This document shows, in pieces, positions 48,830-63,980 of a stretch of 64,000 nucleotides of DNA. The position numbers and the translations under genes are program-made. Under the pieces are notes generated by a model. It worked only from the letters and a program-made list of their open reading frames with translations. It did not search any database and was not told the origin of the DNA. Numbering within the stretch: position 1 is the stretch's first letter; every line of letters begins with the position of its first letter. Origin of the DNA: Mobula hypostoma (taxonomy: Eukaryota); NCBI RefSeq assembly GCF_963921235.1, contig NC_086108.1, positions 32,924,001 to 32,988,000 of the forward strand, given 5' to 3'.

Positions 48830-50615
48830 GCAGAATGAAAAAGGATAGCAAATACAGTACTTGAAGTGTTCTATCTCAGTCCATGGAGCATACGAAATAA
48901 GATGGATGATCTGGTTGCACTATTACAGATTGTCAGGTTAATGTTTGGGCCATCACTGAATCGTGGCAGAAGGATGGTTGTAGTTGAGAGCTGAGTGTCC
49001 AAGGTTACGGACTGTATTGGAGGGATAGGAAGGCGTGGCTCTGCTGGTAAAGAATGGCATCAAATCAGTAGAAATATGTGACATAGAATTGGAAGATGTT
49101 GAATCCTTGTAGGATGAGTTAAGAAACTACAAGGGTAAAAGGACCCCAGTGGCAGTTATATACAGGCTTTCCAACAGTAGCTGGGATGTGGACCACAGCA
49201 TACAACTGGAAATAGAAAAGGCGTGTCAAAGGAGCAATGTTATGAAAGTCATGGGAGATTTCAACATGCAGGTCAATTGGGAAAGTCAGGTTGGTAATGG
49301 ATCTCAAGAGAGTGAGTTTGTTGAATGCCTATGGGCTGGCTTTTTAGAGCAGTTTGTCACTGAGCCTACTAGGGGATCAGCTATACTGGATTGGGTATTA
49401 TGTAATGAACCGGGGGTGATTAGGGAGATTAAGGTAAAAGACCTCCTAGGAGACCGTGATCACAATATGATTGAATTCAACTTGAAATTTCATAGGGTGA
49501 AAGTAAAGTCTGACACAGCAGTATTTCAGTGGAGTAAAAGAAATTGCAGTGGTAGGAGAGAGGAGTTAACCAAAGTAAATTGGAAGGAGCTGCTGACAGT
49601 GACTAGTGGTGTTCTGCAGGGACCATGTTGGGACCATTTCTTTTTATGTCGTATATCAATGATTTAGATGATGGAATAGATGGCTTTGTTGCCAAGTTTG
49701 CAGATGATATGAAGATTGGTGGAGGGGCAGGTAGTGTTGAGGAAACAGGTCGGCTGCAGAAGGACTGACAGATTAGGAGAATGGGGAAGAAAGTGGCAAA
49801 TGAAATACAACGTTGAAAAATGAATGTTCATGCACTTTGATAGTAGAAATAAATGTGCAGACTATTTTCTAAGTGGGGAGAAAATCCAAAAATTTGAGAT
49901 GCAAAGGGACTTGGGAGTCCTTGTGCAGAACACCCTAAGGATTAACTTGAGGTTGAGTCAGTGGTGAGGAAGGCAAATGCCATGTTAACATTCATGTCAA
50001 GATGCCTAGAATACAAGAGCAGGGATGTGATGCTGAGGCTTTATAAGGCACTGGTGAAGCCTCACCTTGAGTATTGTGAACAGTTTTGGGCCCCTCATCT
50101 TAGAAAAGATGTGCTGGCATCGGAGAGGGTTCAGAGGAGGCTCACAAGGATGATTCCAGGAATGAAAGGGTTATCATACGAGGAACGTTTGATGGCTCTG
50201 CGTCTGTACTCACTGGAATTTAGAAGGATGAGGGGGGATCTCATTGAAACCTTTCAAATGTTGAAAAGCCTATACAGAGTAGATGTGTTAAGGATGGTTC
50301 CCATGGTGGGGAGCTCTTGACAAGAGGCTACAGCCTCAGGGTAGGGGGGCATCCATTTAAAACAGAGATGCAGAGAAATTTCTTTAGCCAGAAGGTGATG
50401 AATTTGAGGAATTTATCACCACAGGGAGCAGTGGAGGCCTTGTTGTTGGTGGTATTTAAGGCAGAGCTTGATAGGTTCTTGATTGGACACAACATCAATG
50501 GTTATGGGGAGAAGGCGAGGGAATGGTGCTGAGAAGGGGAAAAAGGATCAGCTGTGATTAAATGGCAGAGCAGACTCGATGGGCCAAATGGCCTATTTCT
50601 GCTCCTTTGTCTTAT
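48830..50615 (+). mobile_element. CR1 LINE with an internal deletion joining the endonuclease region to the RT C-terminal half
   Basis: APE motifs VMGDFN, TRGSAILDWVL and DHNMIEF, then an abrupt switch at ~49595 to VTSGVLQG...KFADD...LEYCEQFW and the 3'UTR. Confidence 0.85.
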
Positions 50616-51499
50616 TTTTGTCTAATTTTTCTCTCTGGTTAACTAATTCCTTTTCGTATAGTAGACAAATCTAAGCCAGGAAATGTGAGCATTTAACCAT
50701 TTCTGTGTTTGTAATACAGAAATAATACCATAAAACCAACGAATATTCAAAACTGTGGTAACAGCACCTTTGATTTTGCTCTCTGCCTCCTAACCTGAAA
50801 TTCCAGCTTCTTGTAACATATGCTGACTATATTTTGGTGTAAGCAGACAGATTTTAGTTAATTTAAAGACATTTCTAGCTTCTGAACCATTTTTTCCTCC
50901 ATCCTGCCAACTGTGATATGTGGCTCTTTCACAGCCTTGCTCTTCACAGAGTATGAGGACTTGTTGAAGCATTCATGGTAAGTGCACTAGGCTACCGTGA
51001 GTTCCACTGTCATAACATTAAAAAGTTGCACTTCATGAATATTTTCACAGCAACTGGATTGGTTGTCAGATGATACAGATTTCAGGTTACTGATAACAAA
51101 TAAACAGAGGCAAACTTGTAAAAATTGTTTCTTTTATTTTGTAATTCATGATTATCTTGAATATATAATGAGTAGATCGAAAGAAGTAAATTCAAAAGAG
51201 AACTATATAAGGAAAAAATGATTGCTGAGCCCTGGTGATGACAAGCACAGATGTGATGAACTAAGTATGGCCTATCATTCAATGATCATTTTAATACCTG
51301 CTTGAGGTTGATTCAATTTCATTACCACAACATGCACACTATATATGCTTTAATGGCGATAAAGGGAGCATCACATTTTTTGATACCCGTCTAGAGTATA
51401 AGCCTTCTCAGGGGTACAATTGAGATCAATTGTTGATAGATTTTGAGAAGTAATGAAGCAGTAGACACTGAACACAAAGGAGACCAAGCAGATCTTTTG

Positions 51500-54400
51500 G
51501 CCGCTCCTGTAAACTCTGAGGTAAGTAGGCTCACTCTAAAGAGCCTACAATGGTCCTAAGAGCAGGGAATGGACATAAAGAGGGGATGAGGTGGATTTCA
51601 CGGGCAATGTTAAAGAAATTCCCAAGAAGTTCTTCAGTTATATTAACAGTAAAAGGGTGAATATGGAGAGTTTAGAACCTCCCAAAGACCATCAGGGCTG
51701 GTTATGTGTGGAGCAGCAAGAGATGTCCCCTTCTTGATTTTTCCTAAGGAGAATATCGTAGAAGACAAAGAAATGATGGTAATAATCATTGAACTCTTGG
51801 ATCCACATATATTACGAGAAAGGAGGTACTTGAAGTACCGAAGCATATTGACATAGAATATAGAACAGTACAGTACGGTACAGGCCCTTCGAGCCACAAA
51901 GTTGTGCTGACCCTTTAACCTACTGCAGGATCAATTTAACCCTTGCCTCCCACGTACCCCACCATTTTTCTTTCATCCATGTCCCTAAGAGTCTCTTTAA
52001 TGTTCCTAACATATCTGCCTCTATCACCACCCCTGGCAGTGCATTCCACACACCCACCATTCTCCATGAAAAAGCTTACCTCTGATACCCTGCCCATAAT
52101 TTCCTCCAGCCACCTTAAAATCATACGCTTTCATATGAGCCTTTTCAGTGTTGAGATAAAGGCACCAGCTGTCGTCTCTATTTATGCCTCATATCAACTA
52201 ATGTGCCTCTATCAAAAATTGTCTCATCCTCTTTTGCTCCAAGAGAAAAGCTCTATCTAATTCAACCTTCCCTCATAAAGCATGCTCTTGAATCCAGACA
52301 ACATCCTGGTAAATCTCTTCTGCGCTGTTTATGAAGTTTCCACATTCTTCTTACGATGAGGCAACAAGAACTGAACACAACACTCAAAGTCTGGTCTAAG
52401 TGGAGTTCTACTTGCACAGTAGCTTTGATGGATATAAGGATGTGGGCCCCAAGATCACTCTGTTCCTCCACACTGCTAGGAATCCTGCCATTAACTCTAC
52501 ACTTTGCCTTCAAGTTTGACCTTCCAAAGTGTATTGTGTCACACTTTTCTGCATTCAACACTAACTGCTCAGCCGAGCTTTGCCTCCTATCAGTCCTGCT
52601 GTAAACTATGACAACCGTCTACACTATTCACAATCCCACCACCTTCATATCATCTTCGAATTTATCACCTGATCCTTGCTTTCTGAACCTTAACTATACT
52701 TCTTTCTTCATCTTAGTCGATAAAAACTCAAGACATAGGAAGCAGAATTAGGCCATTCAGCCCATCGAGTCTGCTCTGGCATCCCATCATGTCTGATCCC
52801 AGATCCCACTCAACCCCATATACCTGCCTTCTTACCATATTCTTTGATGCCCTGACCGACCAGGAAACGATCAACTTCCACCTTAAGTATACCCACAGAC
52901 TTGGCCTCCACCGCAGTCTGTGGCAGAGCATTCCACAGATTCACTACCCTCTAGCTAAAAAAATTCCTCCTTACCTCTGTTCTAAAAGGTCGCCCTTCAA
53001 TTTTGAGGCTGTGTCCTCTGGTTCTGGATACCCCCACCAAAGGAAACATCCTCTCCACGTCAACCCTATCTAGTCCTTTCAACGTTTGGTAGACTCAATG
53101 AGATCCCCATGCATTCTTCCAAATTCCAGTCAATACAGGCCCAAAGTTACCAAATGCTCCTCATATGTTAACCCTTTCATTCCACGAATCATACCCTTGA
53201 ACCTTATGGACTGTCTCCAATGACAACACATCCTTTCTGAGATATGGGGCCCAAAACTGTTGATGATACTCCATGTGTGGCCTGACTAGTGTCTTATAAA
53301 GGCTCAGCATTATCTCCTTGCTTTTATATTCTATTCCCTTTGAAATAAATGGCAACATTGCATTTGCCTTCTTTACCACAGACTCAACCTGTAAATTAAC
53401 TTTCTGGAGTCTTGCACGTGGATTCCTAAGTCCCTCTGCAGCTCTGTTGTTTGGTTTTCCATATGTCTTGTCAACCATAGTTCCTTCAGCATCCTTTTCC
53501 TGCCTCAGAAGGGCAAACCTATCCGGAACTGCATGCACGTCCTCCCTAAACAACTGTCACATTTCTGTTATATATTTCCCTGAGAACATCTGTTCCCAAT
53601 TCACTCTCCCAAGCTCCTGCCTAATAGCATCATAAATTTTCACTCCCCAATTAAATACATTCCCCATCTAAACCCATGACCACAGTCCTGTTATCTCTGT
53701 ACCTTTCTAATACTTGCCTACTGACCTGCTCTTCAGTGGCTCCGTTGCTATGAGAGGAGGCTATAGAATAATCCCAATAGAGTGATTGCTCACTTCCTGT
53801 TTCTGACTCCACCCACTCTGACCAAGCGGATGATCCCTCCATGACATCCTGTCTTTCTGCAGTTGTGATACTATCTTCAGGGCTTGACCAAGCACATCCC
53901 TAGACATTATAGGAAGCCAAGGAACAAATAGGATCTTGGCTTTGTCATTAGCATCTGGCAAAGTCCCAGAGATTAGAGACAGGTGAATGCTCTTCTATTG
54001 TTTAATCAGGGTAGCAAGGACAGGTCGGGGCGATGAGGCTAACTTCAGTTGTAGGGAAGTTACTGGAAGGAATTATTTGTGGATAGTAAATAGGGGATCT
54101 TGATGATATTGTAGCAGGTTGCAATGAATTGCAAAGATATCCTGATAAATTATGGAGCTAGACTGAAGAAAGGCAAATGGAATTCAACTGTGATAAGTAT
54201 TTGATGATGCATTTTCAACAGCTAACCAGCGAAGGACTTATACAATGGATAAGACCATATGACCATAAGATATAGGGGTAGAATTAGGCCATTTGGTCCA
54301 TCAAGTTTTCTCAGTCATTTCATCATGGTTGATCCAATTTTTCTGTCAGCCCCAATCCCCTGCTGTCTCCCCATATCCCTTCAGGCCCTGATCATTCAAG

Positions 54401-57400
54401 AATCTATTAACTTCTGCCTTAAATCTGCCTTAAGACTTGGCCTCCAAAGCTGTCTGTGGCAAAGAATTCCACAGATTCACCATGCTCTGGCTAAAGAAAT
54501 TCTTCCTCATCTCTGTTCTGAAAGGACATCCCTCCATTCTGAGGCCGTGTCTTCTGGTCCTAGACTCTCCTACCACAGGAAACGTCCACTCCACATCCAC
54601 TCCATCAAGGCCTTTCACCCCTCGTTCTTTTGAATTCCAGTGAATACAGCCCCAGAGCCATCAAAAGCTCCATATGACGGGCCATCCGATCCTGGAATCA
54701 TTTTCAGAAACCTCCTTTGAGCCCTCTCCAGTTTCAACTCATCCTTTCTAAGATAAGGGTCCCAGAACTGCTCACCAGTGCTTTAGAATGTCTCAACATT
54801 ATATCCCTACTTTTATATTCTAGTCCTCTTGAAATGAATGCTAACATTGCATTTGCCTTCCTTATCACAGACTCTACCTGGAAGTTAACCTTTAGGGAGT
54901 CCTGTACGAGGACTCCCCAGTCCCTTTGCACCTCAGTTTTTCGTATTTTCTCTCCATTTAGAAAATAGTCAGCTTTTCCATTTCTTTTACCAAAGTGCAT
55001 GACATATACTTCCCAATACTGTATTCCACCTGCCATTTCATTGCAATTCTCCTAATCTGTCTAAGTCCTTCTGTAGCCTCTCTACTTCCTCAAGACTACC
55101 TGCCCCTCCACCTATCTTCATATTGTCTTCAAACTTTGCAACAAAGCCATCAAATCCATCATCGAAATCATTGACATATATAACATGAAATGAATCAGTC
55201 CTAACACAGACCCCTGTGGAACACCACTAGTCTCCGGCAGCCAGCCAGAAAGACTCCCTTTATTCCCACTCTTTGCCTCCTGCCAATCAGTCAATGCTTT
55301 ATCCATTCTAGAATCCTTCCTGGAATACCACGGGCTCGTAGCTTGTTAAGCAGCCTTATGTGTGGCACCTCTGAAAATCCAAGTACACAACATCAACCAA
55401 TTCTCCTTTGTCCTGCTTGTTATTTCTTCAAAGAATTCCAACAGACTTGTCAGGCAAGATTTTCCCTTGAGAAAACTATGCTGACTACGGCCTATTTTAT
55501 CAGGTGCCTCCAAATATCCAGAGATCTCATCCTTAATAATTGACTCCAGCATCTTCCCAACCACTGAGGTCAGACTAACTGGCCTATAATTTCCTTTCTT
55601 TTGCCTCTTTCTCTTCTTGAAGAGTGGAGTGACTTTTGCAATTTTCCAGTCTTCCGGAACCATTCCAGAATCTACTGATTCCTGAAAGATGCCTCCACAG
55701 TCTCTTCAGCCATCTCTTTCAGAACTCTGGGGTGTACACCATCTGATCCAGGTGATCTTTCAATTTCCCAAGAACTTCTTTCTAGTTGTGGTAACTTCAC
55801 ACACTTCATGACCCCCGACTTTGTAACTTCCACCATACTGCTAGTGTCCTCCACAGTGAAGACTGATGCAAAAACATTGCTTGTCAGAACATTGATATCT
55901 ATTTTGAAGCAAAGGATCCTAGGGTTTAAGTGCACACTTCTCTGAAAGCAGTCACAAATTTAGACATGGTGGTGAATAAGTCGTTTAGTATACTGTCCTC
56001 CATTGGTCAGTTCACTGAGTTTAGGAGTAGAGACATTATGTTGCAGTTTTTGGTGAGGCCATACTTGGATTACTGTGTACAATGTTGGTCACCCATTTGT
56101 AGGAAATATATTGTCGTGCTGGAGGGGGTTACAAAGGAGGATGTTGCCTGGATTAGAAGGCCCGACTTCTAGGGAGAAGTTGACCATATAGGATCTTTAT
56201 TTGCTGGAGTGCAGGAGAATGATAGGGGATTCTAGGACAAGAGGGCATGACTTCAAGATTGAAGGACATCGATGTAGAACTAAGGTGCATAGAAAATACT
56301 TTAGTCAGAGGGTGGTAAATCTGTGGAATTTATTGGAGTGGCTGTGGAGGCCAAGTCATTGGGTGTATCTAAGGCAGAGATAGATAGGTTCTTGATTAGC
56401 CAGGGCATCAAAGGGTATGGGGTGAAAGCAGAGGAGTGGGGATGACTGGAAGAATTGGATCAGCCCATGATTGAATGGCGGAGCAGACACGATGGGCTGA
56501 ATGGCCTACTTCTGCTCCTATACTTTATGGTCTTATGGACTTCATTGAAGTTTATGGAATCATGACGGGTATGGATCAAGTGAGTGGTTGCAGTCTTTTC
56601 CCCGGTGCTGAGAAGTTCAAAACAGGAGGGCACTGATACAAGATAAGAGAGGTGAGATTTAAAAGAGACCTGAGAGGTAAGTTCTTTACACAGAGGAATG
56701 AACTGACAGAGGAAGTTGTCTGGGTGGGTGCAATTGCAACATTTAAGAAGCATTTGGATGCGTACATAGATGTGAGCGTTATGGGTTGAAAGTGAGCAAT
56801 TGGGACTAGCAAGGAGGTTGCGGTGCTTGACATGGATGAGTTGGGCCAAAAGGTCTGATTCTATGCTGTGCTACTCTATGAGTCTGTCTAATTGGAAATC
56901 AGCAGAATAACTTAAGTTCAAGAACATCAGGTGACTAAGAATTTCAGAAATACTTTGACTCTCTCAAACAGTCCAATAGGTTTCATGTAGAACCACGTTG
57001 CCCATTTAGCATTTCAGTTCAATAGAAAACGAATATATAAAACCATAACAAACAGAAGCAGAAAAAGACCATTTGGCTCTGCCATTAAGTAAGATCAAGG
57101 CATATCTTTTATCTCAGCATCACTTTCATGGATTAATATTTGTATGCCTAATTCTATAATTATTCAGAACCCGTTGATCTCTGGCTATATTCCATGTCTG
57201 GGCCTCTATAGCATTCGATCTATCTGCACGACTCACCAACCCTTGGATAAAGAAACTTCTTCTCATATTCTTTCTCATAACTGGTTGACCTCTTATTTTA
57301 AGATTGTGGTTTCCTAGACACGACATCCAGGAGAAATAGCAACTCCATGTCTATCCTGACAAGCCATACAACCATTTTGTACATGTAGCATGATCTGCAT
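51500..57400. mobile_element. Cluster of nested CR1 fragments in both orientations
   Basis: Antisense copies at about 51853-52670, 52728-53870, 54252-55880 and 57040-57400; sense pieces at about 51500-51850, 53880-54250 and 55910-56885. Motifs include EDWKIAKVTPLFKK...NYRPVSLTS and VRPHMEY. Confidence 0.85.
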
Positions 57401-58224
57401 AGTTCAGCTTCAAAATTCTGCAAATGATGTGTCCATTTTCTTTATGAAGGTTACTTCTTCATTTCACATTCGCAATTACAACTGCCCATAATAGCAGTCA
57501 ACAATGACAATATGTTGTATTTGGAGAAGGGCCAACTTTCAAGATACTATGGGTTTTGTACATTTTTAGAAATTGCACAGAAAATATCTTGAAATGTAGC
57601 TCAAACCAGAGAACGTTTCTGTTTTCTTTCAAACAAAAAAAAATCCAAATCAATGCACGATCGCAGCTTTATAGAGTTTTGATTTTAGAACAATAACCAG
57701 TCCTCTGGTTAACTAACTGCTGACATCTACAGTAAATAAGCGCACTCAGCACTTGTAACCACACTGATGTAATGGCTGTCTGCCTTATTGATGTCTGGAT
57801 CTCTGTCTATTTTAAATCTTTATCAAGTGATTGAGTTTGATAGAGAATATTGGAAGCAGTGGATTTTTTTTAATGGCACACCAGTGAATATCTGCCTGCT
57901 TCAGAAAATTAAGGTGACCGTAATTCTATTTTATTTTGTACAAAATAAAATGTATTTATTTTTAATGATTGTCAGTAATTGAAGTGTCAGAGTGTTCTTG
58001 TATAATTCAAAACTTCAGGGCTTCACTTGCTTTACAAATCTAGCAATCCTGTCTCACATCAACACAGATGTCAAAGTGAACGTGCAACCTGCTTGGAAAT
58101 AAATAAACAACTTGCAATTTATTTGGTTCTTTCTGAAGTGTTGCAAAATGTTTCACAGTTAATTAAGTATACTTATTGAATTTGCATTAGCATTATTACC
58201 TTGACTCTCAACTTGAGAGATTCA

Positions 58225-61200
58225 AGTGTTAAGGAATTGGAGCTGGGATTGGATGAACTCCGGATCATTTGGGAAGCTGAGGAGCTGATTGGCAGGACAT
58301 ACAGGGAGGTAGTTACACCCAGGGAGCAGGACACAGATAACTGGGAGGCTGACAGGAGGGGAAAAGGGGGTAGGCAGCCAGTGCAGAGCATACCTGTCGA
58401 TGTTTCCCTCAACAACAGGTTTCGATAATGCTTTGGATACTGCTGGGGGTGTGTGTGAAAATGACCTAGCAGAGGACAGACGCAGTTGTCAGTTCTCTGG
58501 CACTGAGTCTGACTCTACGGCTCAGAGGGGAGGGGTGTGGGAAGAGGTGAGTTGTAGCAATGGGGATTCAAAGGTTAGGAGAACAGACAGGAGGTTCTGT
58601 GGAAGAGAACAAGATTCCAGGATAGTTTGTTGCGTCTTGTGTGCCAGGGTCAGGGACATCTCAGATTGAGTCCACAGCATCCTTAAGTGGGAGGGTGAGG
58701 AGCTAGAGGTCATGGTCCATGTCAGTACCAATGACATGGGTAGGAAGGGTGACAAGATCCTGAAAAGTGAGTTCAGAGAATTTGCTGTCAAGTTGAAGGA
58801 CAGAACCTCCAGGGCTGTGATCTAAGGATTGCTGCCTGTGTCACATGCTAGTGAGGCCTCAAATAGGAAGATCGTACAGTTTAACACATGGCTAAGGAGG
58901 TGGTACAGGAGAGAAGGCTTTAGACTTTTGAATCATTGGTCTCTCTTCCAGGGAAGGTGGGACCTGTACAGAAGGGATGGTTTGCACTTGAACTAGAGGT
59001 GGACCAATATCCTAGAGGGAAGGTTTGCTGGTGCTGCATGAAGTGGGGTTTAAACTAGAGTTGCAGGGTGATGGGAACCAGGGTGCTGGATCAGATAGTG
59101 GAGTAGTTGTGGGGAAAGATGTTGTTAAGCCTACATACAAAGTCAGGAAACGAATGGTTGAACATGGTGGGATTAATGATCTGAGTTATGTATATTTCAA
59201 TTCAAGGAGTATTGTAGGAAAGGCAGATGAGCTCAGGGCATGGATCAACACATGGAATTATGATATTGTAGCCATTAGTGAGACTTAGTTGCAGAAGGGG
59301 CAGGACTGGCAGCTCAATGCTCCAGGGTTCTGATGTTTTACACATGATAGAGCCAGAGGGACTAAAAGGGGAGGGGCTGGCATTACAAGTCAGGGAAAAT
59401 GTCATGGCAGTGCTCAGAGAGGACAGACTGGAGAGCTCGTCTACTGAGCTATAAGGATAGAACTGAGGAATAAGAAAGGGATGACTATCTTAATGTAATT
59501 ATATTATACATTACCTAACAGTCCGTAGAATTTAAAGGAACAAATTTGAAGAGAGATTGCAGACTCTTGCAAGAAACATAGTAGGTGATTTTAACTTTCC
59601 ACATATTGAGTTGGACCCCAATACTGTAACGGGGCTAGAATTTGTCAAATGTGTTCAGGTACTTGAGGAGTTTAAGAAATGCAAGTGAAATGTGAGAAGG
59701 AAATTGGGAGGGTGAAAAGAAGGCATAAGTTTGCTCTGACAGAAAAGATAAAGTATAATCTCAAGGGTTTACACACATATACAGTAATAAGAATGAAAGG
59801 ATAGCAAGGGACAACATCCTCTGGAAGGTCAGTGGTCATCTATGCATGGAGCCGAAAGAGATGGGGGAGATCTTAACTGGATTTTTTGCATCTGTATTTA
59901 CTGGGGATATGGACACAGGGTCTATAGAAATGAGGCAAAGCAGCAGTGAGGACATGGACCATCTACAGATTACAGAGGAGGATGTCTTCAGGCAAATTAG
60001 GGTGGACAAATTCCCAGGGCCTGACAAGGTGTTCACAGATTGCAGAGGTTCCAGCAGAGATATTTAAAATGTCCTTAGCCATGAGTGAGGTGCTGAAGGA
60101 TTAGTGGATGGCTAATGTTGTTCCATTGTTTAGGAAATTTATAAGAATAAACCAGGAGATTATAGGCTGGTGAGCCTGACATCAATAGTGGATAAGTTAT
60201 TGGAAAATATTCCAAGCGATCAGATATATAAGCATTTGGATAGACAGGGACTGATTAGAAATAGTCAACATGGCTTTGTGCATGATAGGTTGTGTCTAAC
60301 CAATCTTATGGAGTTTTTTTGAAGAAGCTACCAGGAAAATTGATGAAGGCAATGCAGTGGATGTTGTCTACATGGACTTAAGCAAGGACTTTGACAAGGT
60401 CCCGCATGGGAGATTGGTCAAGAACATTCAGTCACTAGGCATTCAGGATGGAGTAGTAAATTAGATTAGACATTGGTTTCATGGGAGAAGCCAGAGAGTA
60501 GTTGTAGAGGGTTGCCTCTCTGACTGGAGGCCTGTGACTATTAGTGAGTCGGGATCAATGCTGGGTCCATTGTTGTTTGTCACCTATATCAATGGCTGAG
60601 AATGTGGTAAACTGGATCAGCAAATTTTCAGGTGACACCAAGATTGGGGGCATAGTGGACAGTGAGGAAGACTACAAAGGCTTGTAACGAGATCTGGACC
60701 AACTGGAAAAATGGGCTTAAAAATGGCAGATGGAATTTAATGCAGACAAATATGAGATGTTGCACTCTGTCAGGACAAACCAGGGTAGGATTTACATAGT
60801 AGGGCACTGAGGAGTGAGATAGAACAAAGGGATCTGAGAATGCAGATCCATAATTTCTTGAAAGTGGCATCACAGATAGATAGTTTTTAAAGAGAGCTTT
60901 TGGCACATTGGCCTTCATTAATCAAAGTTTCAAGTACAGGAGTTGGGATGGTGAGGTTGTATAAGATGTTGGTGAGGCCTAAGTTGGTGTACTGTGTACA
61001 GCTTTGGTCACCTGCCTACAGCAAAGATGTCAATAAGATTGAAAGAGTGCAGAGAAATTTTACAAGCATGTTGCCAGGACTTGAGCACCTAAGTTGTATG
61101 GAAAGATTGAGTAGATTATGACTTTATTCCCTAGAGTGTAGAAGATTGAGGGGAGATTTGATAGAGGTATATAAAATTATGAGGGGTGTAGATAAAAGGG

Positions 61201-61280
61201 AATGCAAGCAGATTTTTTTCCACTGATGTTGGGAGATACTAGACTAGAGGTCGTGGGTTAAGGGTGGAGGGTGAAATGAT
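58225..61280 (+). mobile_element. Long decayed CR1 LINE (ORF1 with SGNH/esterase-like domain and ORF2 APE-RT)
   Basis: ORF1: GDSKVRRTDRRFCG...ARVRDIS...VMVHVSTND. ORF2: NSRSIVGKADEL...DIVAISET plus RT motifs. Many stops and frameshifts. Confidence 0.85.
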
Positions 61281-61282
61281 TA

Positions 61283-63980
61283 GCGAGGGCTACTGAGGTG
61301 ACTTTAAAGTAGAATGGTTGGGGGTGGGAATCAAATTAAAGAGGTTAAGCGAGAGGAGGTTAGTTCACAACAGGGGGATGGGAACCAGTGCAGAGAGACA
61401 GAGGGGTGTAAAATGAGGGTAGAAGCAAAAAGTAGTAAGGTGAAAAGTAAAAGTGGCAGGCCAACAAATCCAGGGCAAGCATCAAAAAGGGCCCCTTAAG
61501 GCTTTGAGTGTCAATGCAAGGAGCATTCATAACAAGGTGGATGAATTAAAAGTGCAGGTTGTTATTAATGAATATGATATAGTTGGGATCACAGAGACAT
61601 GGCTCCAGGGTGACCAAGGATGGGAGCTCAACATTCAGGGATATTCAATATTCAGGAGGGATAGACATGAAAGAAAAGGAGGTGGGGTGGCGTTGCTGGT
61701 TAGAGAGGAGATTAACACAATAGAAAGGAAGGACATAAGCCGGGAGGATGTGGAATCGATATGGGTAGAGCTGCATAACACTAAGGGGCAGAAAACGCTG
61801 GTGGGAGTTGTGTACAGGCCACCTAACAGTAGTAGTGAGGTTGGGGATGGTATTAAACAGGAAATTAGAAATATGTGCAATAAAGGAACAGCAGTTATAA
61901 TGGGTGACTTCAATCTACATGTAGATTGGGTGAACCAAATTGGTAAGGGTGCTGAGGAAGAGGATTTCTTGGAATGAATGCAGGATGGTTTTTTGAACCA
62001 ACATGTCGAGGAACCAACTAGAGAGCAGGCTATTCTAGACTGAGTATTGAGCAATGAGGAAGGGTTAATTAGCAATCTTGTCGTGAGAGGCCCCTTGGGT
62101 AAGAGTGACCATAATATGGTGGAATTCTTCATTAAGATGGAGAGTGACATAGTTAATTCAGAAACAAAGGTTCTGAACTTAAAGAGGGGTAACTTTGAAG
62201 GTATGAGACGTGAATTAGCTAAGATAGACTGGCAAATGACACTTAAAGGGTTGACGGTGGATATGCAATGGCAAGCATTTAAAGATCGCATGGATGAACT
62301 ACAACAATTGTTCATCCCAGTTTGGCAAAAGAATAAATCAAGGAAGGTAGTGCACCTGTGACTGACAAGGGAAATTAGGGATAGTATCAATTCCAAAGAA
62401 GAAGCATACAAATTAGCCAGAAAAAGTGGCTCACCTGAGGACTGGGAGAAATTCAGAGTCCAACAGAGGAGGACAAAGGGCTGAATTAGGAAAGGGAAAA
62501 AAGATTATGAGAGAAAGCTGGCAGGGAACATAAAAACTGACTGTAAAAGCTTTTATAGATATGTGAAAAGAAAAAGATTGCTTAAGACAAATGTAGGTCC
62601 CCTACAGACAGAAACAGGTGAATTGATTATGGGGAGCAAGGACATGGCAGACCAATTGAATAATTACTTTGGTTCTGTCTTCACTAAGGAGGACATAAAT
62701 AATCTTCCGGAAATAGTAGGGGACAGAGGGTCCAGTGAGATGGAGGAACTGAGCGAAATACATGTTAGTAGGGAAGTGGTGTTAGGTAAGTTGAAGGGAT
62801 TAAAGGCGGATAAATCCCCAGGGCCAGATGGTCTGCAGACCAGAGTGCTTAAGGAAGTAGCCCAAGAAATAGTGGATGCATTAGTGATAATTTTTCAGAA
62901 CTCTTTAGATTCTGGACTGGTTCCTGAGGATTGGAGGGTGGCTAATGTAACCCCGCTTTTTAAAAAAGGAGGGAGAGAGAAACCAGGGAATTATAGACCG
63001 GTTAGCCTAACATTGGTGGTGGGGAAACTGCTAGAGTCAGTTATCAAAAATGTGATAATAGCACATTTGGAAAGCAGTGAAATCATCGGACAAAGTCAGC
63101 ATGGATTTGTGAAAGGAAAATCATGTCTGACGAATCTCATAGAATTTTTTGAGGATGTAACTAGTAGAGTGGATAGGGGAGAACCAGTGGATGTGGTATA
63201 TTTGGATTTTCAAAAGGCTTTTGACAAGGTCCCACACAGGAGATTAGTGTGCAAACTTAAAGCACACGGTATTGGGGGTAAGGTATTGATGTGGATAGAG
63301 AATTGGTTGGCAGACAGGAAGCAAAGAGTGGGAATAAACGGGACCTTTTCAGAATGGCAGGCAGTGACTAGTGGGGTACCGCAAGGCTCAGTGCTGGGAC
63401 CCCAGTTGTTTACAATATATATTAATGACTTGGATGAGGGAATTAAATGCAGCATCTCCAAGTTTGCGGATGACACGAAGCTGGGCGGCAGTGTTAGCTG
63501 TGAGGAGGATGCTAAGAGGATGCAGGGTGACTTGGATAGGTTAGGTGCGTGGGCAAATTCATGGCAGATGCAATTTAATGTAGATAAATGTGAAGTTATC
63601 CACTTTGGTGGCAAAAACAGGAAAACAGATTATTATCTGAATGGTGACCGATTAGGAAAAGGGGAGGTGCAACGAGACCTGGGTGTCATTATACACCAGT
63701 CATTGAAAGTGGGCATGCAGGTACAGATGGCGGTGAAAAAGGCAAATGGTATGCTGGCATTTATAGCAAGAGGATTCGATTACAGGAGCAGTGAGGTACT
63801 ACTGCAGTTGTACAAGGCCTTGGTGAGACCACACCTGGAGTATTGTGTGCAGTTTTGGTCCCCTAATCTGAGGAAAGACATCCTTGCCATAGAGGGAGTA
63901 CAAAGAAGGTTCACCAGATTGATTCCTGGGATGGCAGGACTTTCATATGATGAAAGACTGGATGAACTAGGCTTATACTC
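61283..63980 (+). mobile_element. Young CR1 LINE, near-complete ORF2 in one frame with four TGA stops
   Basis: The frame from 61453 encodes APE (NARSI, ITETW, MGDFN, SDHN) then RT (YLDFQKAFD, GVPQGSVLGP, FADD at 63463-63474). Stops at 61975, 62041, 62359 and 62482; open from 62485 to the window end. Confidence 0.93.

Noticed and set aside
61975..62484. Four in-frame TGA codons as selenocysteine or read-through recoding
   Set aside because: Each is one substitution from the expected codon (for example TGG or TGY) in a dead retroelement copy, and no SECIS evidence was seen.
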